Shown here: positions 12,970 through 25,316 of the stretch, piece by piece
How positions within the stretch are numbered: position 1 is the first letter of the stretch
Layout of the letters: each line of letters begins with the position of its first letter
NCBI GenBank assembly: GCA_951406725.2
Contig: OX597823.1
Span: 19,716,001 to 19,780,000 of the forward strand
DNA from: Octopus vulgaris
Taxonomy: Eukaryota
Direction of reading: 5' to 3'
Length of the DNA: 64,000 nt
The notes under the pieces: generated by a model
Database searches by the model: none
What the model was told of the DNA's origin: nothing
The model's input: the letters and a program-made list of their open reading frames with translations, nothing else
Translations under genes and position numbers: made by a program

Positions 12970-13350
12970 AAGTAGCTTGCTTACCAACCACATGGTTCCG
13001 GGTTCAGTCCCATTGCGTAGCATCTTGGGCAAGTGTCTTCTGCTATAGCCCTGGGCCGACCAATGCCTTGTGAGTGGATTTGGTAGACGGAAACTGAAAG
13101 AAGCCTGTCGTATATATGTATATATATATATATATGTGTGTGTGTGTTTGTGTGTCTGTGTTTGTCCCCCTAGCATTGCTTGACAACCGATGCTGGTGTG
13201 TTTACGTCCCCGTAACTTAGCGGTTCGGCAAAAGAGCCCGATAGAATAAGTACTGGGCTTACAAAGAATAAGCCCCGGGGTCGATTTGCTCGACTAAAGG
13301 CGGTGCTCCAGCATGGCCGCAGTCAAATGACTGAAACAAGTAAAAGAGTA
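12970..13350 (+). mobile_element. SINE B, remainder after the insertion
   Basis: CORE-like motif, internal (TA)n(TG)n, tail GGCGGTGCTCCAGCATGGCCGCAGTCAAATGACTGAAAC. Confidence 0.88.
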
Positions 13351-13473
13351 AATCTTGGAATTAAATGGTTTTGATTTACTGATCAGGTGACTTTTGGTCA
13401 ACTCTGTATATATAGCTGTGTGTGGTCTTCAGTTTGCATACATTCCGACACTGCTTCACGCATCTGCCAAAGA

Positions 13474-13782
13474 AGGCGTTCCTTCGAAGATATTATAACC
13501 AAACTGAAAGTAAGTGTTCGGCAATTTCCGTAAAAACTTTTTATCTCATTTTTTTTTTCAGCAAATATACATACACATACACAAATATATATACATATAT
13601 GCACATAAACACATACATACATATACTTATATACATAAATAAACACATACATATATACATACACAAAAAATGCATACGCGTAAGCGATTCAGCTGAGGAA
13701 AAAAATTAAAGCAATGAATTTTTCTACGGAAATTGCCGAACAAATAGTTTCAGTTCGATTATATCTTCTCCGAAGGAATGCC
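13474..13782. mobile_element. MITE-like element with imperfect terminal inverted repeats of about 60-90 bp
   Basis: GGCGTTCCTTCG..TTCGGCAATTTCCGTA vs TACGGAAATTGCCGAA..CGAAGGAATGCC. Confidence 0.55.
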
Positions 13783-14384
13783 CACCCCCCAAATTACTAA
13801 GTAAAGTGTACTTTGAAGAATATTTGGTCGCTATTTCTAGCTGCTCGGACGACCACGTAGAGCATTTTGCGTTTTAGCATAGGGATCGGAAAAGCGATCC
13901 ATATTGAAGCCTGAAGATTTGTATAACAATCCTAGGGGACGATAAACACCTTAAATAATTTGGAGTATTAAGAGTTATTAACAATCTTAATCTGAATTAT
14001 TAGCGATCTTAATCTGGAAGAGTACAGATATTCAAGGTTGAAACTCACTAATTCCCATCCAAATATCAACTCAATAACAATAATACTACTTCGTCTTTGT
14101 ATCTGTTTGCAAGATTCTTTATGTGAGTTCGTGTGTTGAAACAAATTTTGTTGTGTCTAGGGGAAGTCATTATGCCAATATTATTGACACACGCGCAGGT
14201 TCAATTTATTATTTGTCAATTGGTTAAACAAATAACCAATTAGTTAGTTGGATATTTAACCAAGTGACTAATAATGATGGAGTGGAACTGAACCAGCGTG
14301 TTAATGACTCACCATAGACGCAGCAATTAGTCACCAAAAACGTATTTCGCTTTCAGTATTCCGCCTATATCAATATAACATAAG

Positions 14385-15157
14385 GGAGCGAGCTGGCAGA
14401 AACGTTAGCACGCCGGGCGAAATGCTTTGCGGTATTTCGTCTGCCGTTACGTTCTGAATTCAAATTCCGCCGAGGTCGACTTTGCCTTTCGTCCTTTCGG
14501 GGTCGATAAATTAAGTACCAGTTACGCACTGAGGTCGATGTAATCGACTTAATCCGTTTGTCTGTCTTTGTTTGTCCTCTCTGTGTCTAAACCCTTGTGA
14601 GTAGTAAAGAAATAGGTATTTCGTGTGCCGTTACGATTTGAGTTCAAATTCCGCCGATGTCGACTTTGCCTTTCGTCCTTTCGGTGTCGATAAATTAAGT
14701 ACCAGTTACGCACTGAGGTCGATATAATCGACTTAATCCGTTTGTCTGTCTTTGTCCTCTCTGTGTCTAAACTCTTGTGGGTAGTAAAGAAATAGGTATT
14801 TCGTGTGCCGTTACGTTTTGAGTTCAAATTCCGCCGACGTCGACTTTGCCTTTCATCCATTCGGTGTCGATTAAATAAGTACCAGTTACGCACTGGGGTC
14901 GATATAATCGACTTAAATCCGTTTGTCTGTCTTTGTTTGTCCTCTGTGTTTAAACCCTTGTGGGTAGTAAAGAAATAGGTATTTCGTGTGCCGTTACGAT
15001 TTGAGTTCAAATTCCGCCGAGATCGACTTTGCCTTTCATCCATTCGGTGTCGATAAATTAAGTACCAGTTACGCACTGGAGTCGACGTAATCGACTTAAT
15101 CCCTTTGTCTGTCCTTGTTTATCCCCTTTATGTTTAAGCCACTTAATAAAGAAATAG
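14385..15157 (+). mobile_element. SINE A: one head plus 4 tandem body-tail units
   Basis: Junction AAAGAAATA|GGTATTTCG repeated. Confidence 0.9.
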
Positions 15158-15623
15158 GATTATATTTTATATACAACAAACGCCTATGGATTAACTATGG
15201 AGTAAAGCAAGAATAAAAAGGGTCCACAGGCTAAAAGAAAAAAATGGTTGGGAAACATAGGGCTAAACCCTTCATGGTCAAAACCCAACGGCTGAAGCAA
15301 AGAAAAGGTTAGAAGATCCAAATGACCATAACAATATACAATAAACTCAATCGAAAACACAACAAACCAATCACACGCAACATAAACATTCACCCTCCGC
15401 AACCCCGACCCACCTCATCCACTCACCACTTACAGAATAAACTAATCACACTCATACAAGCCGTAATTGATACACTCGACCAAGGGTATCTGTTTGCAAA
15501 CTAACCTGGGGTATACATATCAGAGGTTTCCAGCTACGGGGTGTCAAATGATACTCAGTACGTCTTTAAACAAACACCACAGGGCAGTGAGTCTCCCATC
15601 CCACCCCACCCCGCACTGATGGA

Positions 15624-15626
<3 letters not shown>

Positions 15627-15683
<57 letters not shown>

Positions 15684-15798
15684 CCATTGTTGTTGCTTTT
15701 TTCCTATATATATATATATATATATTATATGTGTATATATATATACACATACAATATATATATATTCATATATATATATATATATATTCATATATATA

Positions 15799-15838
<40 letters not shown>

Positions 15839-16042
15839 CATATATGTATATTTCTATATATGTGTGTATATATATATACATAACATACACAATATATATA
15901 TTTATATATATTTATATATGTATATATATATATGTTTATATATATATATATGTGTATATATATATATAGATATTTATATGTGTATGTGTATATATATATG
16001 TATATATATGTACGTATATATGCATGTATGTATGTATGTATG

Positions 16043-16089
<47 letters not shown>

Positions 16090-16152
16090 GTATATATATA
16101 TATATACGTATATATGTACACAAATATACACAAACGCGTACACACACAATAT
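15627..16152. repeat. (TA)n-rich compound microsatellite
   Basis: Direct repeats. Confidence 0.9.
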
Positions 16153-16759
16153 ATAGAATCTCCCGCTGACTTCGACTACCCGGAACTCTTCTCTTACTCT
16201 TGATTATAGATCTTATCTCACCCTGTCTCTGCGGGTGGCTTTTTTGTAGTTGAAGAGGTATCAATTTTGCTTGTGGGTGGGGAGAAGTGAGCAGGTAGGG
16301 GTGAAAGAGTGGTAGTGGTGGTGGTGGTGGTGGCTAAGGTAGCGACGGTGTAGAGTGGTGTTGTTGTTGGCGGTGGGGAAAAGTACTTGGTAGTCAACTG
16401 TGTATAAGTGGTGGTGGTGGTGGTGGTGCTTGTATAGATTGTGGTGCTGTTGATGGTGTAGTACGTTGGCGGTCTGGCGACAGTGTCGTGTGTTGCTGGT
16501 GTATGCTGGTGTAGCTGAAGTACAGTCTTGGGCACTCATCTCCTGGTGGATAGTCATAAAGATGCTGTAGTTGCATACAGTCGATGACTTGGCTGGAGTG
16601 TGTGATGCTTCGGGCAGCCTTCCACTTTGCCGTCTCCCGGCTTCCGGGTCCTCTCCAACGACCCTTTCTTTAACATGTTGGTGACACTTAATGGATCCCT
16701 TGATAACCATGCTTATTACATAACGTCCAGTCAGACCCCGTCATTTATGCATTTTTAAA

Positions 16760-17405
16760 TATTGGTTTTCAAATTTGGGGACGAGGCCAGCTATTTCGTG
16801 GAGGGGGGCTAAGTCAATTCCGTCGACCCCAGTACACAACTGGCACTTATTTTATCGACCCCGAAAGGATGAAAGGCAAAGTCAACCTCAGCAGAATTTG
16901 AACTCAGAACGGGAAGAGGGACGAAATGCCGCTAAGCCTTTTGTCCGGCGTGCTAACGATTCTTTTCTATTCAAGGTACAAGGCCTGAAATTTTTGGGGA
17001 GGGGGCCAGTCGATTAGATCGACCGCAGTACGCAACTGGTACTTAATTTATCGACCCTGAAAGGATGAAAGGCAAAGTCAACTTCGGCGGAATTTGAACT
17101 CAGAACGTAGAGGCAAACGAAATACCTCTAAGCATTTCGCCCAGTAAGCTAACATTTCTGCCAGCTCACCACCTTTATGTTTTGTTAAATATTATTTCAA
17201 ATCTTTTTTTCCACAAGGGCAGCTTGGGGTAGGTGGGGACGAGTCGTTTACGCCGACCTCAGTGTTCAACTGGTACTTACATTATCGACCTCGAAAAGTT
17301 GAAAACCAAAGTCAACCTCGGCGGAATTTGAACTCAGAACGTAACAGCAGACGCAATACCGCTAAGCATTTCGCCCGGCGTGCTAACGATTCTGCCAGCT
17401 CGCTA
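16760..17405 (-). mobile_element. Cluster of three SINE A copies (alternative tail subfamily)
   Basis: Family A body with a CAAGGCCTGAAATTTT-type tail. Confidence 0.85.
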
Positions 17406-17489
17406 CCTCTATGCCTTGTTAAATATACAAGCATTTTACATGCATTCACTACACGAATGACCCCTTCTACATTAATTCCACCTATGAAG

Positions 17490-17527
<38 letters not shown>

Positions 17528-17645
17528 TAAAAACGGTAAGATAACAAAAGAAAGAAAGAGACCTCAATATTATGTAAATAGAGGAAATTTATCTATAAAA
17601 TAATATGTTACATTACTCGGTAGTCAAGATAAAACTCTGAGTTTC

Positions 17646-17708
17646 AGATAACCGAAGAGATGGTGTTGTGGATTTCCACTTCGGCATCTGAAACTCAGAG
17701 TTTTATCT
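17646..17708 (+). ncRNA. Type I hammerhead ribozyme, CCGAAGA core, inside fold-back module 17521-17740
   Basis: AGATAA-CCGAAGA-GATG..CATC-T-GAAA-CTCAGAG-TT-TTATCT. Confidence 0.75.
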
Positions 17709-17732
17709 TGACTATTGAGTAATGTAGCATAT

Positions 17733-17809
<77 letters not shown>

Positions 17810-17911
17810 TTAAACCAAACAAGAAAACACAGAAAAAAAGAAAAAAACACAGTAACGCAGGACGTGGAACAATTAAAGTATTATTGACGCTCAGGAAAAA
17901 AGGGAAGGAGG

Positions 17912-17946
17912 GTTTAACGTTTCGAGCGGAGCTCTTCGTCGGAAAC
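17912..17946 (-). ncRNA. Minimal hammerhead ribozyme, CCGACGA core, in module 17808-18017
   Basis: GTTT-CCGACGA-a-GAGC tcc GCTC-GAAA-CG-T-T-AAAC. Confidence 0.7.
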
Positions 17947-18014
17947 AAGGAGAAGGAAAGATCCCAAGAAGGGAAGACAGAGGAAAAAATATTTGAGCTG
18001 GTGGTGCTCAAGAG

Positions 18015-18071
<57 letters not shown>

Positions 18072-18301
18072 TTAGTCAATCATATAGTATCTAACATTGG
18101 CCTTAGGCTGATGTCCTCAGTGCTTTAGTCCCCTTCTTTAGACCATTGCTGAAAATTCCTAATTCATTTCAGGCTTTGATTCAGATCAACCAGTCCTTCA
18201 TGCAAAAATGAACCGATTTCTTTAAATTTCATGTCACACCAAATATCTTCATAGGTTTAAGAATCCACAAATGAAGTACCCTATCCTTAGCTTATTCAAA
18301 A

Positions 18302-18696
18302 CTAGCAGTATCGCCCGGCGTTGCTCGGGTTTGTAAGGGAAATAACTATATAAGCATTTTTAGAGAGTTATAGCCAAAAAATAGCAAAAAATGCATTAAA
18401 AATGGAAAAAAATGATGGTAAATTTAAAAATCGTTGACACATCGTAGACATTTTTAGAGAGTTACTTCCTTTATATAATAGCGAAAAAATGTATTAAAAA
18501 TGGGAAAAATTGATGGTAATTTTTTTTTTAATCGTAGACTCATCGTAGACGCGCGCTAATACCCAGAAGGGCTCGATATGAATCACGACTATAAGATACC
18601 CGGTTTTGGTTAAATTGCACCGCAAAATGTGGGAGTAGTTAGGAATCTAAATCGTAGGAGACAGACAGCACACAACCTCACTTTTATATATAAAGA
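18302..18696 (-). mobile_element. Non-autonomous Helitron
   Basis: 5' TC, 3' hairpin CCCGAGCAACGCCGGG plus CTAG, A|T insertion site; three copies in the window. Confidence 0.85.
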
Positions 18697-18889
18697 TTTC
18701 CATCTATGCCACACGTAAGTTCACCTTCCGAGATTTGCAGTCTTTCACCACTAACTTGTCTATGACAGATGATACTCTTATTATTGATTTCTGTTCAAAT
18801 GGACCTTCCCCCTCTTCCTCCTCCTCCTCCTCCTCCTCATTATCACCATCACCATCACCATCATCATCGTTCGTCGTCGTCGTTGTCGT

Positions 18890-19200
18890 TGCTCGGAGAT
18901 CAGATCGTTTTTCTATGTCGAGCCAATACATCTTTCCAGTGAGAGGTCACAGTTCCAGTACTACGGAGGAAAGGTAATTAGAATGTCGCAGGAAAGAACC
19001 GTCGCGAGATGGATTCTTCAAGCCGAACCAAACGACAGGAGACATAGGGATCGTCGAGGAACGAGATGATTGGATAGTATCCATTGTTCCACTTGGTCAC
19101 GCTTTTGAATCCATCCAAAAGTCTAATGATAATGGCTTCTGATAGCACACTACGGAAGAGATGCCTGAGGGCACTACCCTCATAGAAAATATGCGAAGAT
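18890..19200 (+). pseudogene. Degraded RTE-clade LINE 3' fragment
   Basis: Translation QFQYYG..VIRMSQERT...ILQAEPNDRRHRDRRGTR*LDSI...WSRF resembles the RTE C-terminus (GxRxRGRPRxRWxD). Confidence 0.6.
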
Positions 19201-19224
19201 GTATTATTATTATCATTATTATTA

Positions 19225-19265
<41 letters not shown>

Positions 19266-19282
19266 GAGAGAGCCGTGCAAAC

Positions 19283-19627
19283 GATGCTGGTGTGTTTGCG
19301 TCCCCTTAACTTAGCGGTTCGGCATAAAAGACCGATAGAATAAGTACTAGGCTTCCAAAGAATAAATAAGTCCTGGGGTCGATTTGCTCGATCGACTAAA
19401 GGCGGTGCTCCAGCGTGGCCACAATCAAATGACTGAAACAAGTAAAAGAGCAAAAGAGTTATATATACGACGGGCTTCTCTCAGTTTCCGTCTACCAAAT
19501 CCACCCACAAGGCTTTGGTCGGCCCGAGGCTATAGTAGAAGACACTTGCCCAAAGTGCTACGCAGTGGGACTGAACCCGGAACCATGTGGTCGGTAAGCA
19601 AGCTACTTACCACACAGCCACTCCTAC
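19283..19627. mobile_element. SINE B tail (+) abutting SINE B head (-)
   Basis: Family B motifs in both orientations. Confidence 0.8.
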
Positions 19628-19994
19628 TGAGAAGGCAATGACCCTGAGCTGCTATAATGAAACACTGTTTCTGATTTAAGTCTAAATGCAGACAGCTACT
19701 GGTAGCTAATATTTGTATCAACATCAGAATTGTTGGCTGGCCCTTGTTGGATATTTGCCATGAAATGTCTTAGTTTTCTACCTACTTACGCAGCCCTAAT
19801 ACGTGTCACAATTCCAGTTTCCTCCGACCACTCTGATAGCAGCAGTTTGGGCGTTGCGCTGATTGCACCAGTTTACCGCCGGAACATTGTCACCTTTGTG
19901 TTCCACAATCTCTCTTAATCTTTATTGCTAAGTCCTGATAGTTCTCGAATTTCTCAGTTTCTTTGAAATCCACTCTAATATCATCATCATCATC

Positions 19995-20139
19995 ACCAAA
20001 CCACCACCACCACCACCATCACCACCCTCAATCACCACCACCACCATAACCACGACGACCACCTCCACCACAACGACGACGACCACCACCACCACCATCA
20101 CCACCCTCAACCACCACCACCACCACCACCACCACCACT

Positions 20140-20175
<36 letters not shown>

Positions 20176-20266
20176 ACCACTACCACCACCACCGCCACCA
20201 CCACCGATACCACCACCACCACCACTACCACCACCACCGCCACCACCACCGCCACCACCACCGCCA

Positions 20267-20310
<44 letters not shown>

Positions 20311-20515
20311 ACCACCACCACCACCACCACCACCACCGCCACCACCACCACCACCACCACCACCGCCACCACCACCACCACCACCGCCACCGCCACCACT
20401 ACCGCCACCACCACCGCCACCACCACCGCCACCACCACCGAATCCACCACCGCCACCACCGCCACCGCCACCACTACCACCATCACCACCACCACCACCA
20501 CCACCACCACCACCT
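19995..20515. repeat. (CCA)n/(CCG)n trinucleotide array
   Basis: Direct repeats. Confidence 0.92.
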
Positions 20516-21281
20516 TCATTTTTTTTGTTGCTTTTTGTTTTTTGTTGTTGTCGCCGTCGTTGTTGCTTCGAAATAAACAGATTTATTGACGAAAGGTTGC
20601 AGTCGTGACGATTTAAGATCTGCCTTTTTTTTAATTTTCTTAATTATTCTCCTGGTTGCAATTAGCCCCATGGTGAAGCTCCTGTAACTGATTATATCAC
20701 CGTTATCATACCATCGCAAGCATAGTTTTATCGATGGTACGTACCATCACAGAGATAACACAAATAAGATTGAAGGAAAGTAATCTACAACACCACCACC
20801 ACCACCACTACCATCACCACCCTCTACCACCACCACGACCACCACCTATCACAATCATTGTCGCCGCAAACACCACAACGTCCACCAATAACCACCACCT
20901 CTGTAATCACCATCAGTGCCACCACCACCACCACCACCACCATACCATTAATGACCCCTACAACTATTCGCAACTACCACCCACCCTAAGGCTAAATGAT
21001 GAGACGTGGTTGTGATATCGTGGTTATCCATTCCTTTATTCTCTCATTTTCATTTCCAATTCTTTTTCGTTTTTTGTTGCTTTTGTTTTGCCTTGGTTTT
21101 TCATTTGATCTTATTTTTGTTTCATCGCCTTCCTGTCGTACGTGTGTGATTTACTCTGCCAGACTATTTAACAATCATATCTTATAGCCTTGCTATTTCA
21201 GCTGTATCCATGATACCTAGTCCTATAATTTAGTATTGTATATAGCCTTTGTCTTACTGTTACTTTGCCTGTTATAGTTTA

Positions 21282-21578
21282 CTAGCAGTATCGCCCGGCG
21301 TTGCTCGGGTTTGTAAGGGAAATAACTATATAAGCATTTTTAGAGAGTTACTTCCCTTATATAATAGCGAAAAAATGCATTAAAATGGAAAAAATTATGG
21401 TAATTTTTTTAAAACATCGTAGACCCATCGTTGACGCACGTTAATACCCAGAAGGGCTCGATATGAATCACGACTATAAGATACCCGCTTTTGGTTAAAC
21501 TGCACCGCAAAATGTGGGAGTAGTTAGGAATCTAAATCGTAGGAGACAGACACACAACCTTACTTTTATATATAAAGA
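21282..21578 (-). mobile_element. Non-autonomous Helitron, same family as 18302
   Basis: Same termini and hairpin. Confidence 0.85.
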
Positions 21579-21953
21579 TTACTTCCGCCTTAGCAAAGGC
21601 AGAGGTATTGTTTCAGTCATATTTGTTTGTATGTTTGTGTGTCTGTGGACACGATATCTCAAGAACCGCTGGATGGATTAGGATGAAACTTTCAGGGATG
21701 CTTGTCCTCGTGACTGGCACGGACTGATTAGATTTTGGGAGCGATCTGGTACCGGACAAGAGTTTCAGATTATTTTTCCGGTTTTTTTAACTTAAATTTT
21801 GAGACCGGTCCGGTTCATTTTTTGTATTTTCGTTTGTGAGAGCCGTCGAGTTTATTTCAGATATTCTCATTTTAAAAATCAACTCCGGCTAATCGTTGAG
21901 AGGACGTTGGTGTTGCCTTGGCAGAGGTTTGCACTCTCTGAGTGCTCTTGTTA
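21579..21953 (+). mobile_element. Helentron-associated (HINE/DINE-1-like) element
   Basis: Subterminal inverted repeats ACTTCCGCC../..GGCAGAGGT, internal TGTT microsatellite, 3' hairpin GCACTCTCTGAGTGC. Confidence 0.65.
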
Positions 21954-22126
21954 TTATAATTTGCATATATCTATTTTATCATGAATACAAAACAACACCA
22001 CACACTCGACTCCCGAGTTTCGTTTTCCATACAGTGTATGCGATTCTTTGTTTACCCATCTATAAATATATGTATTTTTATTTATTTTATATTTATATTT
22101 ATTTATAACTTAACATTATGTACTTT

Positions 22127-22256
22127 ATAATCTCTGACGAGGCCTAGAGAAACACCCAAGTACCTCAATTTCATCTACCTATTACTTCAGTCTACTTAAG
22201 TAATAAAGGTAGACTGAGGTATTATTACCTATTGGTTGAAGCAGCTGTAAATTGTT
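22127..22256 (+). ncRNA. Degenerate hammerhead with stem II of about 95 nt
   Basis: ATAATCT-CTGACGA-GGCC...GGTT-GAAG-CAGCTG-TA-AATTGT; GAAA changed to GAAG. Confidence 0.55.
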
Positions 22257-22972
22257 TTCCCAATTTATATTCATGTATATTATTTTGTAATAATTACTGG
22301 TATCCTTATATGTTAATATATTTTATATCTTATATGTAAAGCATAATATGTTATACACGTATGTATATTATTGTAATTGTCAGTTTAGTAAGTAATTAAA
22401 TAAGTTAACATAATATAATGTCTAAAAGTTGATGAACCACCTATTGATCCCCTCCATTTTCTTATATAAATGATAAAATATCTCTTTACCTTCGCCCATT
22501 TAGTACACTAGGTAATGTAATTGCAATGCAATGAAAAAACACTTGTGTATTAATAATTGGGTATTCTACCAGCAGTATATTAGATAGATATTATCCCTTA
22601 GTGGGTTGGATTCACAACCTCTAACTTTCTTGGAGTTATATATATATATATATACGGTATTAATAAAATAGATGGAACGTATAAGAGAGTTTATTGGGTA
22701 CAGTACACATATACACACACACACACACATGCTTGTGTTTGTCTCAAACTAGCGATGGTTTGTTTATGTCCCCGCAGATTAGCAGTTCGGCAAGAGACCA
22801 CGATAGAATTAGTAATATCGAAATTGAGTCGATTTGTTCTGCTGGACATTTCCAGGCAGAGCACCTTCACTGAAATAAGTATATATAAAAAAAAAATACA
22901 TGTGTGCATGCGTGGATGTCTGTATTTATGTATATGATTCTGTGTGTGTGAGTGATTATGTGATATACACAC

Positions 22973-23130
22973 AGGAGTGGCTGTGTGGTAAGTAGCTTGT
23001 TTACCAGCCATATGGTTCCGGGTTCAGTCCCACTGCGTGGCACCTTGGGCAAGTATCTTCTACTATAGCCTCGGGCCGACCAAAGCCTTGTGAGTGGATT
23101 TGGTAGACAGAAACTGAAAGATGCCTGTCG
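22973..23130 (+). mobile_element. SINE B head; its body resumes at 25335-25660 after the PLE insertion
   Basis: Family B sequence is split at its internal (TA)n. Confidence 0.85.
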
Positions 23131-23132
23131 TA

Positions 23133-23201
<69 letters not shown>

Positions 23202-23390
23202 GAGTGTATTTTTACCTTGTTAACAATTAACACGGAAAAATAAATAAATAGTTACCAGGGCAGCAAAAATCTCACAAGTAAAGGTGTTGTAACTCCTTGT
23301 TTATAAAGGTAGAAACTTCGTGTTTACGTTGAATATTTTGAATAATATGAATAAAAAATGAAGTTAACGCAGGTGTAAACAAATATTTTT

Positions 23391-23476
23391 ACTTTCGACA
23401 CATGTTTCGAAAATTCCACTGATACTATTCAAAAGAATAAATGGTATAAACAATGCAATCTTCTCTTCGGGAAAGT
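23391..23476 (-). ncRNA. Type I hammerhead ribozyme, CCGAAGA core, in the PLE 3' LTR
   Basis: ACTTTC-CCGAAGA-GAAGATT...AATTTTC-GAAA-CATGTG-TC-GAAAGT; GUC site; sense to the RT. Confidence 0.85.
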
Positions 23477-23677
23477 GAAAAAAACGAAACTCGTCAATAC
23501 GACATTTTAGCAAAAAATGATGGATTTGTATAGCGATAGACAGAACGCTATTAATATTGTTTAAAAAAACGTTATATGATATAACGTCATAAGTAGCTAA
23601 CAGAAAGAGTAGGGATATTAATAGTGAATGTTAAATATAAAGGAAATTAAAGTTTAAATTATATATAATGATAGAGA

Positions 23678-25316
23678 CTACTTATATGCACTAAATGTAT
23701 GTTTTTGCCAATGCTTACATCTGTATGCTCGCTCTATAACCGTGTTTACTAGAGTATTTTTAGAAAAAAATAATGAAAAATAGCTCAGAATTGCAGAGAA
23801 GACAGAATTTCTTGCCTTTGTCATATGGTATCGAAATTGAGAGGATCAACCATTCTAAATGAAATTGTTCATTGTGGTCTTTTAAATCCCAAATCAGTTT
23901 GCTGAGACCGCTACTATTCCGTTTATTTCTATCCCTAAATGTTGAGTAATGGATAGAAATTCTTTTAGATAACTCTAACGATGTGCTCCCAATGTAAAAT
24001 CGTACTTTATTACGAGTACTGATTATACACTGGTATATAGAATTTTTAACCTTAGAGTTACTTGACATAAACTTAATTCTATTGGAATTGACTTCTGATA
24101 CAATAACCTTGTTATTAATATTTCTAGAGTGTTGGATGGTATTAGCTAAATTAATGTTAGTATTAGTAAATGTATTAATATTTAACAGTTTGTTATTATG
24201 AGAAGATATAATTTGCAAGAGATTTTTTGTGTTTGAAAAACCTATCCTAACCTTATGTGAATTAATTATAGAGTAATATCTAGAATTGTTTGGAAAATTC
24301 CAAGCTTGACGAAACAGCAGTGGGAGATTAGATTTAATTTGTCTCCCGTAAGGGATTATTAACCAAATATTTTTACTAGTATTCATAGCGTAATTATTTT
24401 TGAAGGTGTTATATTTACTTTTAGATCTATAATAGGGGACTAAATAAGGGTTATCTGCCTTCATTCGCTTTGTATCGGTGCGTAAGTTATGTTTGTTATC
24501 AATAATTCTTTTACGACTAGAAATCTTATCTACATTATTGAATTTACAATTAGACTGAGCAGAATCAATGTAGAAAATTTATTTCTGTATAACCTGCTTT
24601 GATTAAGGCAGAGTTATAGAATTCAGCGTTATTATTGAAAATATCAACATTAGCAGATAATTTAGATAATCTAAATGAAATATTCTTAACTAAATTCTTA
24701 GTAATTGCTCCAGGATGATTACTAAATTTGCTAATGTACTTAAGATTGGTCAACGGTTTATGATATGGGAAGTAAGAGTCACTGTATAAATTAAGCGTAA
24801 TATCTAAAAAGTTGGCCTTCGTCAGATCGTCATCAAAAACGATTTTTAAGCCCATTCTACTGAAAAAATTAACTAAACTATTCTTAACTTTTTGTACCTT
24901 TTGGTTGGAAACATTTTGGAGGTAAAGTAAACAATCATCACGATATAGACCTCCATAAATGTTAGGGAACTCTTCAGCCATTTCAGAAAGAATATATATA
25001 CAGACCAAATCAGCTATCTGTGCTGAATCAGAACTTCCCATTGGTATATCGAAACTATCTGGTGTGTCTTTACGGACCCACAACTTATCATCAAATTTAA
25101 TAATAGATCTTCTGGCTGCCAACACAACATTGATTTCTTCTCGGGTGAGACCAGCTTTGTTATGAGCAAGCCAAAGTGCCTTATTAAGTACTATTGGATT
25201 AATAGATGAATAAAAATTGGAAATATCAAACTGGATAAACTTTGTACTCACCTTACTGTTAATAGACCTAAACCAGTCAACTACTTCAAATGAATTAGTC
25301 CATAAACTAAGTTTTA
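23678..25316 (-). pseudogene. PLE reverse transcriptase plus GIY-YIG endonuclease, with two homopolymer frameshifts (about 24575 and 23765)
   Basis: FIQFDISNFYSSI, PMGSSDSAQIADLV, GLYRDD; SIYQC..FYIGST; KFCLLCNSE; alternative-frame C-terminus LVNTVIERAYRCKHWQK. Confidence 0.88.

Noticed and set aside
24565-24567. TGA ending the PLE RT ORF as a possible selenocysteine codon
   Set aside because: A TAA follows five codons later, and homology continues in another frame after a T-run frameshift
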